Below are positions 19,961-30,176 of a stretch of DNA of 64,000 nucleotides, piece by piece. Source of the stretch: a virus; the IMG/VR virus record IMGVR_UViG_3300010885_038456, positions 3,423-67,422 of that record, one strand, 5' to 3'. The position numbers and the translations under genes are program-made. Below the pieces are notes generated by a model. That model worked only from the letters and a program-made list of their open reading frames with translations, made no database searches and had not been told where the DNA came from. The stretch's first letter is position 1. Each line of letters begins with the position of its first letter.

Positions 19961-20266
19961 ATGGTAACAGGATTATTAATTACAGTAGGAGCAATAGTGT
20001 TTCTTGCAGTAGGTATTTATTTAGCAATGAAGAGCGATAAAATCGCAGATGCTAACAATAACAATATTCCAGATGTATTGGAAACTGCATTTGAGAATTT
20101 GAAAGCAGAAGCTGAAGTTGCTGCTAAAACAATTAAAAAAGTAGTTAAGGCGGTAGAAACTGAAGTTGAAGCAGATGTTAAGAAAGTTGCAGCAGAAGTT
20201 AAGAACGTAGAAACTAAAGTTGAAGATACGGTAAAACGTTTGACAAAAAAACCTATTAAGAAGTAG
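19961..20266 (+). CDS. membrane-anchored protein with K/V/E/A-rich helical tail
   Basis: N-terminal TM, DANNNNIPD motif; upstream of the endolysin. Confidence 0.75.
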   Translation: MVTGLLITVGAIVFLAVGIYLAMKSDKIADANNNNIPDVLETAFENLKAEAEVAAKTIKKVVKAVETEVEADVKKVAAEVKNVETKVEDTVKRLTKKPIKK

Positions 20267-20297
20267 GTAGTATTCACATTTAATAAATAACTTCCCA

Positions 20298-20432
20298 ATG
20301 GCTAAAGGAAAAAAATCAGATTCATCCGGAGTAACCAAAGTTGTATTTGGTAAAAAGGTTAGTGGTAATGCACATAAACGTTGGAATAAGCGCGATAAGA
20401 GTGAAAGAAACTATCGAGGGCAAGGTAGGTAG
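20298..20432 (+). CDS. small basic protein ending YRGQGR (not in ORF track)
   Basis: MAKGKKSDSSGVTKVVFGKKVSGNAHKRWNKRDKSERNYRGQGR*, 44 aa. Confidence 0.65.
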   Translation: MAKGKKSDSSGVTKVVFGKKVSGNAHKRWNKRDKSERNYRGQGR

Positions 20433-20493
20433 TTAATCTAATGTGTGTAAAATTGAAGAGGTTATTTATTAAAAAATTAAAAATTAAAAAAGT

Positions 20494-21363
20494 ATGCTAC
20501 TAAAAAGAGGTGACAACAACGAAAACGTAAAGCAATTACAAATTAAATTGGGATTAGACCCAATCGGTAATTATGGACCAAAAACCGAAGATGCAGTTAA
20601 AGCATACCAATCAAAGAACGGATTAACTGCGGATGGTATTGTTGGTGATGGTACTTGGGCTAAGATTATGGGTAACTCAGTTGAAACTGAAGAAGTAGAA
20701 GATGATGATGTAGTAGAAACAACTACTACAACAACTGCAACTACTACAACGAACAACACCGGTATCAATTTGGATAAACTTAAAGGACACGTTCCAGATT
20801 CAGTTATCGCACAGATTCCAGATACAGCAGCTAAGTTCGAAATTAACACACCACTGCGATTAGCACATTTCTTAGCACAATGTGGACACGAAAGTGGTGG
20901 ATTTAAATTGGTACAAGAAAACCTAAACTATGGTGCTAAAGGTTTGTTAGGATTATTCAAAAAGTATTTCCCAACAGAAGAGAAAGCATTAGCATACGAA
21001 CGTAAACCTGAGAAGATTGCCAATTTGATTTATGGTGGTAGAATGGGTAACGGAGATGAAGCAAGTGGTGAAGGTTGGAAGTTCCATGGCAGAGGATTTA
21101 TTCAGTTAACTGGTAAAGATAACTACACAGCATTTACCAAATCAATTGGTGAGGATTGTGTATCTAATCCAGATTTAGTTGCAACTAAGTATCCATTAGC
21201 ATCAGCAGCGTGGTTCTTCAATAAGAATGGTTTACACAAACTATCCGATGGTGGAGCAAACGAAGCAACTGTGACAGTAGTTACCAAACGAGTTAATGGC
21301 GGAACTATCGGGTTAGAAGACAGGATAAAACATTTTAATGAGTTTTACAAACTCTTATCTTAA
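20494..21363 (+). CDS. endolysin: peptidoglycan-binding domain + GH19 catalytic domain
   Basis: LKRGD..VKQLQ..G..G.YGPKT..AVKAYQ...GL.ADGIVG; AHFLAQCGHESGGF, ENLNY, GRGFIQLTG..NY, VNGG..GL.DR. Confidence 0.92.
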   Translation: MLLKRGDNNENVKQLQIKLGLDPIGNYGPKTEDAVKAYQSKNGLTADGIVGDGTWAKIMGNSVETEEVEDDDVVETTTTTTATTTTNNTGINLDKLKGHVPDSVIAQIPDTAAKFEINTPLRLAHFLAQCGHESGGFKLVQENLNYGAKGLLGLFKKYFPTEEKALAYERKPEKIANLIYGGRMGNGDEASGEGWKFHGRGFIQLTGKDNYTAFTKSIGEDCVSNPDLVATKYPLASAAWFFNKNGLHKLSDGGANEATVTVVTKRVNGGTIGLEDRIKHFNEFYKLLS

Positions 21364-21367
21364 TAAA

Positions 21368-21553
21368 ATGAAAGAATTGTTATTTGGTACATTTAAGATT
21401 TTGTTAGTAACAACTATAATAGGGTTAGCATTATCATACGCAACTCAATTATTAGATTCAGTACGTGATTTGAATTTCTTAGAAGCAGTTGGAGTATATT
21501 GTTTATGGATTCCGATACATGAGATGATAACTACGATGGGTAAAGGAAAGTAA
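21368..21553 (+). CDS. small membrane protein (holin-like candidate)
   Basis: Two hydrophobic segments, directly after the endolysin; ATG at 21368. Confidence 0.5.
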   Translation: MKELLFGTFKILLVTTIIGLALSYATQLLDSVRDLNFLEAVGVYCLWIPIHEMITTMGKGK

Positions 21554-21587
21554 TTCATTACGATAATACGATTTTTTTGAAGTAAAT

Positions 21588-21619
21588 TAATGGGGAGGTA
21601 ACACTTCCCATTATTTTTT
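21588..21619 (+). terminator. intrinsic terminator
   Basis: TAATGGGGAG/CTTCCCATTA stem followed by a T run. Confidence 0.75.
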
Positions 21620-21680
21620 GCTTAAAAACAGAATATTTCAATCATTTTTTATATATATATAAGTAATAAAAAATGGTAGT

Positions 21681-22241
21681 ATGATAGATAAACTTATAGA
21701 ATTAAAGCAAAGTATAGGTAGAAGAATTATTCAATCTACCACATTACGCATAATTGTACTTACTGTAATTGCATTATTGTTGCAACTATGTACAACACGT
21801 CTATATGGAGCAACTCCCAGTGGTACTGTATTCGTAGAGAGTGTGACAAACCGAGTAGTTATCGGTAAATTAGCAGGAAACAGAAAATTAGAATTCGGTG
21901 TCAAAAATATCTTAGAAGAGTATTTACAAGACAGCGGGTATGATATATCTCCATCAGCACAGAATAAGATTAAGGTGGACATAGTTTATTTAGATGTTCT
22001 AACTACAAAAAAGAATATCTCCGTCTTCCACAAAAATGAGGAAGAAGTTGTTATCAGACTTAAAGGTACACTTTATAAGGATGGCAAAAAGGATAAAGAG
22101 GTTATGGTTGAAGAATCTTCATCAGAAATCTCGATATCAACTTTGATAGTAGATGAGGGTGGTAAGTTCAACCAAACTTCGTTGAGTAATGCACTCAAAA
22201 AAGGTTGCGATAAACTTATAACCAAACTACTACCAAAGTAA
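21681..22241 (+). CDS. exported protein (possible CsgG/TolB_N-like alpha/beta fold)
   Basis: Hydrophobic N-terminal signal; FGVKNILEEYL and FNQTSLSNALKKGC resemble the 28549 protein. Confidence 0.55.
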   Translation: MIDKLIELKQSIGRRIIQSTTLRIIVLTVIALLLQLCTTRLYGATPSGTVFVESVTNRVVIGKLAGNRKLEFGVKNILEEYLQDSGYDISPSAQNKIKVDIVYLDVLTTKKNISVFHKNEEEVVIRLKGTLYKDGKKDKEVMVEESSSEISISTLIVDEGGKFNQTSLSNALKKGCDKLITKLLPK

Positions 22242-22242
22242 T

Positions 22243-23898
22243 ATGAGAAAACTACTAGCTTTTATTGGAATAATATTACTATCCGCATTTACTACAAATG
22301 CGCAACTGACTGTAAACCAGTCAATAGTAACAAAATCGTCTTACAAAGTAGGCGATACTATACAAGTCAAATATACCGTCAATCGTGGTTCAACTACTCC
22401 ACGTTATTTTTGGTTACGATACCAATACAATAATAAAGCATTGACATATGTATCTACAACTTGGTCACAAGGTACTTCCGTACAAACTTACTACACAGGT
22501 TGGAATAACTACAAATTCACAGAGAACTCATCCGCTGATGCAACTAGTTTGTATGGACAATATCAATCATCGAATTGGGCATATACTGCAAATTCAGATT
22601 GGAATGTTGGGCAATTAACCGTACAACGAACAGATGCTTCGATTGATGGTGATATTGCAACTCAAAAATACATACTTAAAGATTTAGTGGATTATACTGA
22701 TATTCATAAGTTAGATTTATCTTATGCAGTTAATACCGCTTCCACAAACATTTCACCAATCACTACTACAACTGGTAAAGTATCATTAGGCACTGTTACG
22801 GGTGCTACTTCGCAATTCAAAGTAAGAGTATTATATCCATCTGGATACACAATCGCAGACCATAGTATACAATTAATGCCATTACTATCGGATGGTGTTA
22901 GTATAAATTCAGCAGGAACACCTATTGCAACTAAAGCATTGGATTCGAATGGTGAAGTCACATTTACAACTGAAGTTAAAGTAGGGGATATATTTGGTGT
23001 AATGGTAACACCAGCATCTCAGAAGAGTTGGATGGATAATGTAGTAACTGTTGCAGATGCTTATAAAGCATTCTTAGGTGTTACGAGTGTTGGATTGGAT
23101 GGTACTTCTAATTACTTTACATATCCTGTCAGAGACCAAAGAATTGGTAATGTATCAAAAGATGATGGAACGGGTACTAGTACATTTAACGAAACCGATG
23201 CGTACTATTTATTCTCTTATATAATGGGCATTGATATGAGTTCCAAAGCATATATACCAACCTCAACTGCTACTTCATTCCGTTTTGAAAGCGCATTGTT
23301 AAATCAGAATTGGATTGATGGTACTAATAAAAACAAAGTAACGATAACTGCGCCTGTTCAAACCGTTAATATGGTATATGCATGGGCTGGTGATTTGGAT
23401 TATTCACATTCATCTTCTCCAACAGAAATTGCAAGTAGAATTACATCTGGTAATGTTTCAACTGGAATGAATACAATTACATATCTAAAGAGTTCAGCAA
23501 TCACAACGATGTCATACACACCACCGGTATTGGAGAATGTTAAATTAAGTGTGGCTTCTAAGTTAGAAAATGGTAAAGTGATATTAACTACAACATTGAC
23601 AAGAGCTGATTTAGCAGGGTTGGAAGTGATTATGAACTATGATAATGCAAAATTGACATTAGATAATGTTTTATTTGATTCTGGTAATACGATAACAAAC
23701 TTTTCAACACACGAAAATGGTAGATTAACATTTGGTTCTATTGACCAATTGAAATCGGCAAGAATTAAAGTAGGAACACCATACACATTGATATTCACAC
23801 CAAAAACTACCTTAACAAATACTGCTGGATTATTCTACTTTATATTATCAGACGCTATCGATTCGACCGGAAAGAAAGTTAATTTGATTGTGGAATAA
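22243..23898 (+). CDS. secreted Thr/Ser-rich beta protein with dockerin-like and C-terminal cohesin-like regions
   Basis: Signal peptide (..TTNA/Q); VTVADAY...GNVSKDDG...FNETDAYYLFSYIMG; LAGLEVIMNYDNAKL. Confidence 0.65.
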   Translation: MRKLLAFIGIILLSAFTTNAQLTVNQSIVTKSSYKVGDTIQVKYTVNRGSTTPRYFWLRYQYNNKALTYVSTTWSQGTSVQTYYTGWNNYKFTENSSADATSLYGQYQSSNWAYTANSDWNVGQLTVQRTDASIDGDIATQKYILKDLVDYTDIHKLDLSYAVNTASTNISPITTTTGKVSLGTVTGATSQFKVRVLYPSGYTIADHSIQLMPLLSDGVSINSAGTPIATKALDSNGEVTFTTEVKVGDIFGVMVTPASQKSWMDNVVTVADAYKAFLGVTSVGLDGTSNYFTYPVRDQRIGNVSKDDGTGTSTFNETDAYYLFSYIMGIDMSSKAYIPTSTATSFRFESALLNQNWIDGTNKNKVTITAPVQTVNMVYAWAGDLDYSHSSSPTEIASRITSGNVSTGMNTITYLKSSAITTMSYTPPVLENVKLSVASKLENGKVILTTTLTRADLAGLEVIMNYDNAKLTLDNVLFDSGNTITNFSTHENGRLTFGSIDQLKSARIKVGTPYTLIFTPKTTLTNTAGLFYFILSDAIDSTGKKVNLIVE

Positions 23899-26210
23899 TG
23901 AGGAATATTTTCGTTACACTATTGTTGTTGGTATGTTCGTTCATATCATATGGGCAAACGGTTACTGCTCCAGACTCTAAATCATTCTTACAAAGTACAT
24001 CTGGACAAGATGCTAGTGGGTTTGCGTTGAATGGGTTTAATGCTACCGATGTTCTATTTGCATCAATTAGTTTAGTATCACCACCAACCGGAACAACGTT
24101 TACCGTATCAACTACAACGGGATTAACTTACTCAAGTGGATATACTACTTGGAGTAATATAACACGTATATCTTTCACCGGAACTCAATCGGATATCAAC
24201 AACGCATTGGCATCTCTGAAGATAAACACAAGTACAACGAAAGGTAATGTGGTTATATCGGTAGCGGCGTGTGTTAATCCAACTGGGTATTACTTTAATG
24301 GTGTGAATGGGCACTTTTACAAACCCGTAACAACTGGTACAACCTATACGAATGCAAGGGCATTATCATTATTAACTACATTCAAAGGACAGACGGGATA
24401 TTTAGTAACAATTACATCTTCTCAGGAAGATTTATTCATTCAAGCCAATGTTCCACAAACTAATATATGGTTTGCAGCAACGGATGAAGTAAAAGATGGT
24501 ACATGGGTAATTGATGCAGGACCTGAAAAAGGAACTATTATGAAAACTGCAAATGGACCAACTGCTGGAAATATAGTCGGAGTTTATAACAACTGGGCAA
24601 ATGGTGAACCAAATGGTGCAAATCATAGTGAGGATTACGCAGTAACAAAATGGAATGGTAATAAGTGGAATGATTTATCTAACAATTGGAGTAACCCATA
24701 TGTAATTGAGTATGGAACTTGGAGTAACCCAGATGATCAAACCTTTACTGATTTCTTTTCAAATAGTGTATCTAATACAAATGGTGATGTATTGGCAGCT
24801 AAGTTCAACTTTAACTTTGGTGGTAATGTAGATGAAACAAAATTCTCATCAAAAGCATATACCTATATTAATAGTGCATGGAACACAACCACAACAACAC
24901 AGACCCGAACGTTGAGTGGATTGGGTAAAGTGGATATAAGTAATGATGTTGATACTGCAAAAGTTAATAGTGGTACATATAAGGCAACGATATCTAATGG
25001 CAATGTAGAGTGGTCTTATTGTGAACCTAATTCATTTGGAAACGGGTATAGTAGATTACTAATCGATATGAGGCAATTTACTACTACAACACCGAGTTCA
25101 GTATCATCTGTAAACCTAATGGGAATATACAATGGTAGTGTAGAGTATCTAACAGCAGACCCTAATGGTTGGGCTGAGTATCGAGTTCCATCGGATTTAG
25201 CAGGTGTAACAACGAGTACAAACGCCAGTATCAGAAATGCTGGATATGGTGGATGGGCATTTGCTTGTAATGTATCATTTGGTGTTAGTAATGTATACAA
25301 ACAACATGGAATTGAATTAACTGCAAACAATCAAACAGAACTAAATACATTATACAATAGTATAGTAACGGTATCCGATGTATATTTGGCATTTAAAGAA
25401 TTGGCAAATATTGGTATACTCGGAAACGAAAGTGGAAAAGAGTTCACATCGGGTATTCAATATATGAACGCAGATGTGGATGATAATGGCGTATTTAATG
25501 AAGCGGATTGTTTTAAATTATTACAACATCTTACCGGAGTACAATCCCTAACACAATCCACTTCGCTAACGTATCTGATGAAACTGATTGATAAAACACA
25601 ATACGATGCCGTTACTAAAACAAATTGGAATGTAGCTAGAACGGGAACAGACTTTAGTAATTTGACACGAAACCTGTATCCATTTAGTTTAAATACAGGT
25701 GCACTTAACAATACATATAATATAGATGTAACTTGGAAGGGTGATGTAAATCTATCACACTCAGCATTACAATCTGGCACAAATGGGGCAAGTGGTAAAA
25801 GTTTGAATACACTATTATTAAAATCTACAAGTTCACTAAACCAAATACAATCGGCAATCGTAACCGAATTGAGTGATGGTAAGGTATATGCATATATAAA
25901 TGTAGACCCATTACAAGAAGAAGTAGTTGGTACTCAATTCCAATTAAACTACGATAATACTGTATTAAAATTTGAGAAGGTAGATTTCACTACAAAAGGA
26001 AATCCAACCAATTACGGAACTAATAGAGGTGATTATGTGAACGTTGGCTCATTAGTAAGTGATGGCAGTACCACATTGGATAATGCAACTGAATATAAAA
26101 TCACATTTACACCAATAAAACCCATCAGTAATACATTGGGGTTAATATCTATTGGAGCAACTGATGCAGTTAGTAAAAGTGGATTACAATTAAATGTTAA
26201 GGTAAACTAA
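23898..26210 (+). CDS. secreted protein: C-type lectin domain + dockerin-like + cohesin-like
   Basis: Signal peptide; NGHFY...GYLVTITS..E...W....D...GTW...YNNWANGEPN...EDY...WNDL; ADVDDNGVFNEADCFKLLQHLTG; GTQFQLNYDNTVLKF. Confidence 0.75.
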   Translation: MRNIFVTLLLLVCSFISYGQTVTAPDSKSFLQSTSGQDASGFALNGFNATDVLFASISLVSPPTGTTFTVSTTTGLTYSSGYTTWSNITRISFTGTQSDINNALASLKINTSTTKGNVVISVAACVNPTGYYFNGVNGHFYKPVTTGTTYTNARALSLLTTFKGQTGYLVTITSSQEDLFIQANVPQTNIWFAATDEVKDGTWVIDAGPEKGTIMKTANGPTAGNIVGVYNNWANGEPNGANHSEDYAVTKWNGNKWNDLSNNWSNPYVIEYGTWSNPDDQTFTDFFSNSVSNTNGDVLAAKFNFNFGGNVDETKFSSKAYTYINSAWNTTTTTQTRTLSGLGKVDISNDVDTAKVNSGTYKATISNGNVEWSYCEPNSFGNGYSRLLIDMRQFTTTTPSSVSSVNLMGIYNGSVEYLTADPNGWAEYRVPSDLAGVTTSTNASIRNAGYGGWAFACNVSFGVSNVYKQHGIELTANNQTELNTLYNSIVTVSDVYLAFKELANIGILGNESGKEFTSGIQYMNADVDDNGVFNEADCFKLLQHLTGVQSLTQSTSLTYLMKLIDKTQYDAVTKTNWNVARTGTDFSNLTRNLYPFSLNTGALNNTYNIDVTWKGDVNLSHSALQSGTNGASGKSLNTLLLKSTSSLNQIQSAIVTELSDGKVYAYINVDPLQEEVVGTQFQLNYDNTVLKFEKVDFTTKGNPTNYGTNRGDYVNVGSLVSDGSTTLDNATEYKITFTPIKPISNTLGLISIGATDAVSKSGLQLNVKVN

Positions 26211-27103
26211 TGAAAAAACTAATAATAATTCTGTCACTAATTTCGATAACATTTGTGACAAACGCACAGTTACAGCAACCTGATACATTACAATTATCAC
26301 CAAAAGAACAATTTGATTTCAGTTCTAAGTGGAGTAATGTAGGAACAATGCAATCATACATAGATTTTCAAAAAGACGTGCTCTCATCATCAAACCTTTC
26401 AATTGGTATAGTTGGAAAGGCAATAACATCGACTTTGAATTTGGGATACAACAAATCATCTCAGAATGGTAAATGGGAACATATATTTTCAACATCAATA
26501 AATCCAAAATGGAAATATTATGGATTTGGATATGGGTTTGCTAAGAATACAGATAAAAGAATCTCAACAATTCAGGCATACTATTCAACTGACTTTGATT
26601 TTCAAAAAGATGTTTCATTATCAATTATAGATGTATTCAAAACAAAGAAGTTTGGTTCTTTTGGGTATAGTTTAATGGTAGAAAAAACATTTTGGGGAGA
26701 ATATGAAGGTGAATGGCAAGGAAAATACACAGTCGATGTAAATGGAAATTGGGTTAAGAATATATATCCAATCAACCCACCATCATCTCAATTAATATAT
26801 AGATGTATGCTAATGTACACTTATACATTCAAAACACATTTGGTTAATATTTCACCACAAATATTTGGTATGAGTGATTTTTATACTGTTTTTAAAAATG
26901 GAGGGACTAGTGATTATTCATATAAAAATGATTTCAATTTGGACTTATATTATGCTATATCTATGGATTGGAAAATAACTAAAAAATTCATTCTAAATAC
27001 AAATATCAGATTTAATAAAACATTTGATAAATTTGGTGAATCGGTTGGGTTTAAGAAAGTTAACCCAATAGTTTTTGCAATAGGAACAAACTTCAAATTT
27101 TAA
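26210..27103 (+). CDS. putative outer-membrane beta-barrel protein
   Basis: Signal peptide, alternating aromatic beta-strands, C-terminal Phe (AIGTNFKF). Confidence 0.65.
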   Translation: MKKLIIILSLISITFVTNAQLQQPDTLQLSPKEQFDFSSKWSNVGTMQSYIDFQKDVLSSSNLSIGIVGKAITSTLNLGYNKSSQNGKWEHIFSTSINPKWKYYGFGYGFAKNTDKRISTIQAYYSTDFDFQKDVSLSIIDVFKTKKFGSFGYSLMVEKTFWGEYEGEWQGKYTVDVNGNWVKNIYPINPPSSQLIYRCMLMYTYTFKTHLVNISPQIFGMSDFYTVFKNGGTSDYSYKNDFNLDLYYAISMDWKITKKFILNTNIRFNKTFDKFGESVGFKKVNPIVFAIGTNFKF

Positions 27104-27441
27104 TGAAAAAACTATTATTCATATTATTAGTATTGGCATCTTGTAAGAAGATGGACATACCTAAACCTATTATACCCATAGCTGACATTTTTAGTGTTAG
27201 CCAAAGTAGTGTAATGGATGGACAGGATATTCATTTCAATCTGCAAACCGCAGGTATTTATACACTAACATTGATAAATAAAACAAACAATCAAGTAGTT
27301 TCGAGAGAACGATTTACTGGTAAAGTTGGAGAAAATGCATTAAAACTTTATACAAACACATTATCGGTAAAAACTTTATATTTATTGCTAGAAAATAATA
27401 GTAAAGTTCAAATAGGAAAAACAATTGTAATAACTAACTAA
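27103..27441 (+). CDS. lipoprotein with small Ig-like domain
   Basis: Lipobox LAS-C; beta-rich domain. Confidence 0.7.
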   Translation: MKKLLFILLVLASCKKMDIPKPIIPIADIFSVSQSSVMDGQDIHFNLQTAGIYTLTLINKTNNQVVSRERFTGKVGENALKLYTNTLSVKTLYLLLENNSKVQIGKTIVITN

Positions 27442-27452
27442 ACTAAATAAAA

Positions 27453-27815
27453 ATGAAAAACGTATTTTTAATATTACTAATATCTATCATAATGGTAGGG
27501 TGCAGTAAAGATAATTTTGCACCAACAAACTCAAATTCCAATCTGAATATGACTACACCGGTAGGTATTAAGTTGGAAACGCCATTTGTAACCTCTGGAG
27601 TTGCAATGAATGTGAAAGCTTCTGAAGCTGGAGTAGTTACTATTAAAATGTTTGACATTGCTAATAGAGTAATATCAAAAGAAGAGATACATATTAACGT
27701 AGGAGATAATATCCTAAATGTATATACAACAATACTTCCATCATCGGCATACCGAATTGGAATATATAATTCAGTTGGTAATGAGTTGGGAATAACAGAT
27801 TTTAACAAACTATAA
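27453..27815 (+). CDS. lipoprotein with T9SS-CTD-like Ig domain
   Basis: Lipobox MVG-C; TIKMFDIANRVI...G.N...LPSSAYRI pattern resembles Por secretion tails. Confidence 0.65.
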   Translation: MKNVFLILLISIIMVGCSKDNFAPTNSNSNLNMTTPVGIKLETPFVTSGVAMNVKASEAGVVTIKMFDIANRVISKEEIHINVGDNILNVYTTILPSSAYRIGIYNSVGNELGITDFNKL

Positions 27816-27826
27816 ATTAAATTATT

Positions 27827-28174
27827 ATGGCAAAGGCAAAGAAAGAGCAAACGCCGGATGAGGCAATGGCTAAAAATGAAAAACACAACGATGGTACTGT
27901 AAGTGGGTTAAAGAAAACCATTATCGGTACAGTTGGTACGTTGGTAACCGCAGGTGGTGCGTTTTTAATGACTTATGTGAATACACCTAAGAACAATGAT
28001 AAACCTGTACAACCACAAAGTATTAATATCAACATGCCAGCTCCTGCACCTGCTGCAGAAACTAAAACTATAATCATCAAAGAAAAAAGTGGTGAGACCG
28101 GAGCAACCGGAGCAACTACACCAGTTAAGAAAAAAGACGGTGATGAATTTAAGAAGAAAGAACCATTGTGGTAA
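27827..28174 (+). CDS. single-TM membrane protein
   Basis: TM IIGTVGTLVTAGGAFLM then Pro/Ala/Thr-rich tail. Confidence 0.7.
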   Translation: MAKAKKEQTPDEAMAKNEKHNDGTVSGLKKTIIGTVGTLVTAGGAFLMTYVNTPKNNDKPVQPQSININMPAPAPAAETKTIIIKEKSGETGATGATTPVKKKDGDEFKKKEPLW

Positions 28175-28213
28175 TTTAATACAATCAGTAAAAACAATCT
28201 AAAACAAATTATT

Positions 28214-28498
28214 ATGGGAAAAAGAGAAAAAGATTTATCATTTAAAGAATGGATAGTTGATATCTTTAAAGATGAACGTGGTGCAATATCGGTAAAACCA
28301 GTTATTGCATTTGTAGGAGCAATGTTCTTATGTATAACTATGGTTGCGAATAGCTACTCTGCAAAGGATATAGCACCATCTGATAAATTAGTTGATGCGG
28401 TAATGATTATTACTGCAATCGGAATGGGAGCAGATACTTTAGACAAGTTTACTTCTAAGAAAGCAGAAGAACCTAAAAAAGAAGAAGAGTTAGGATAA
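28214..28498 (+). CDS. two-TM membrane protein (holin-like architecture)
   Basis: Two hydrophobic helices and a charged C-terminus. Confidence 0.65.
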   Translation: MGKREKDLSFKEWIVDIFKDERGAISVKPVIAFVGAMFLCITMVANSYSAKDIAPSDKLVDAVMIITAIGMGADTLDKFTSKKAEEPKKEEELG

Positions 28499-28504
28499 CA
28501 TTAA

Positions 28505-28537
28505 GAGGGAAGAACCATAAAACTTCCCTTTTTTTTT
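28505..28537 (+). terminator. intrinsic terminator
   Basis: AGGGAAG/CTTCCCT stem followed by a long T run. Confidence 0.75.
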
Positions 28538-28548
28538 AAATAAAAGAT

Positions 28549-29268
28549 ATGAAAAACTTATTAGTATTATTAGGTATGTTATTGATTGGGACTACCACTA
28601 TGGCGCAAACCATTGGAACAACCAAAACAGAAGATTTCAAAGCAAGTTTTGAAAAGAAAAGAGATATCTCACAATATATGGATTATGAAGGACCTAAAAA
28701 GAATATTCAAATCCTAAAATGTGGTATTGGTGATGAGGTATATGATATGTATCCAGAACTTAAAGAGAAGCGAGTAGGATTGGGTGTTGCAAATATCGTA
28801 TTAGAATATTTGGATAACCTTAATAGATTTGAATTTACCGAAGACAAAACAGAAATAAAGAACAGGATGATTACCCAGTACAAAGCATCAGCAGCAGGTA
28901 TTTCCGAAAACAAATTGGATGGTAGAGGAAAGATTAAGTTGGCACACTACTTTGTAGAGGTAGAATGTTATGACTACTCTGTTAGTGAAGATGAAACAAT
29001 TAATTTGAAAAATGGTATTAAGGATGATTTAACTACAAGAATTGGGTTGCAAGTTAGATTTACAAATTCTGAAAACGGAACAATTATAGCAGCATCTGGA
29101 TTAGGAGAAGCAAGAACAAAAAGAGAACTAACTTTAATGAGTGATGCATCAGTAGACCCTATTAAGTTCAATCAGTCATCTATAAGTACAGCAACTAAAA
29201 AAGCATTAGATGTGGCGTGTGCTAACATTTTAGATAAGATGATTAAGAAAAAAATATTTGAAAAATAA
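28549..29268 (+). CDS. CsgG/HfaB-like exported protein (curli assembly/transport family)
   Basis: Signal peptide; GLGVANIVLEYL..LNRFEFTE, AHYFV, IGLQVRFTNSENGTII..SG.GEA, ATKKALD.A fit the CsgG-type alpha/beta pattern. Confidence 0.65.
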   Translation: MKNLLVLLGMLLIGTTTMAQTIGTTKTEDFKASFEKKRDISQYMDYEGPKKNIQILKCGIGDEVYDMYPELKEKRVGLGVANIVLEYLDNLNRFEFTEDKTEIKNRMITQYKASAAGISENKLDGRGKIKLAHYFVEVECYDYSVSEDETINLKNGIKDDLTTRIGLQVRFTNSENGTIIAASGLGEARTKRELTLMSDASVDPIKFNQSSISTATKKALDVACANILDKMIKKKIFEK

Positions 29269-29300
29269 GTAAAAAACAGAATAGTGTGATATTTATATGT

Positions 29301-29963
29301 ATGAAGAATACATATATTTATATTAAAGAAAGTCCATTAGGCCTCAAGTATTTAGGAAAGACCGTATCCGACCCATATCAATATAAGGGTAGTGGCAAAA
29401 AATGGAAGTTCCATCTTAAAAAACATAATATAACAGCAAATCAAATTAAAACAACTATATTATGTGAAACAAATAATTACGATAAACTAAAAGAATTAGG
29501 ATTGTATTATTCAAATTTTTATGATATAGTCAATTCATCTAATTGGGCAAATTTGAAACCTGAAGAAGGTGATGGTGGTGCTACTAGAAACGGTATGAAG
29601 CATTCATCCGAAACCAAAAAATTAATGAGTGAACAAAAAATTGGAGATAATAATCCAATGAAAAGACCTGAAATGAGAAAATTGATGAGTGAGATTGGAA
29701 AAAACAGAATACACAGTAATGAAAGTAATAAAAAAAGAAGTGAAGCATTGAAGGGAAAGAAAAGACCTTTAGATGTTGTAGAAAAAATAAAAAAAGGATT
29801 AACGGGCAAAAAGTTATCAGAAGAACACAAACAATCATTAAAAGGAAAACGAAATCCATATGGAGAGCAACCTAAAATAAAATGTATTTATTGTGGATTA
29901 GAAGGTGGTAAAAACTCAATAAACAGGTGGCACAATGACAAATGTAAAAATAGAGTAATTTAA
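29301..29963 (+). mobile_element. free-standing homing endonuclease (GIY-YIG-like + NUMOD3 repeats)
   Basis: YIYIK...LKYLGKT...YKGSG..W N-terminus; HSSETKKLMSE, HSNESNKKRSE, LSEEHKQSL repeats; C-terminal CIYC...RWH..KC. Confidence 0.8.
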
Positions 29964-29993
29964 TAACTTGTTGATATTTAAAAAATAAATAAG

Positions 29994-30074
29994 ATGATAA
30001 AACTGACTAATATACTAAACGAAGACCTTAGAAAGTGGTTTGGTAAAGGTGGTACTTGGAAAACATGTAAATAA
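29994..30074 (+). pseudogene. 26 aa mini-ORF MIKLTNILNEDLRKWFGKGGTWKTCK, probable internally deleted gene
   Basis: Carries the MIKLxxLL...NE leader also seen at 35470 and 36651. Confidence 0.45.
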
Positions 30075-30176
30075 ATAATAAACTTTAGATTATCGATTAA
30101 ACAATAGTTACAAACCAAAAAATCGTTACTGCAATAATTCGTTACAGCCAATTAATTAACGGCAATACGATAGTAG

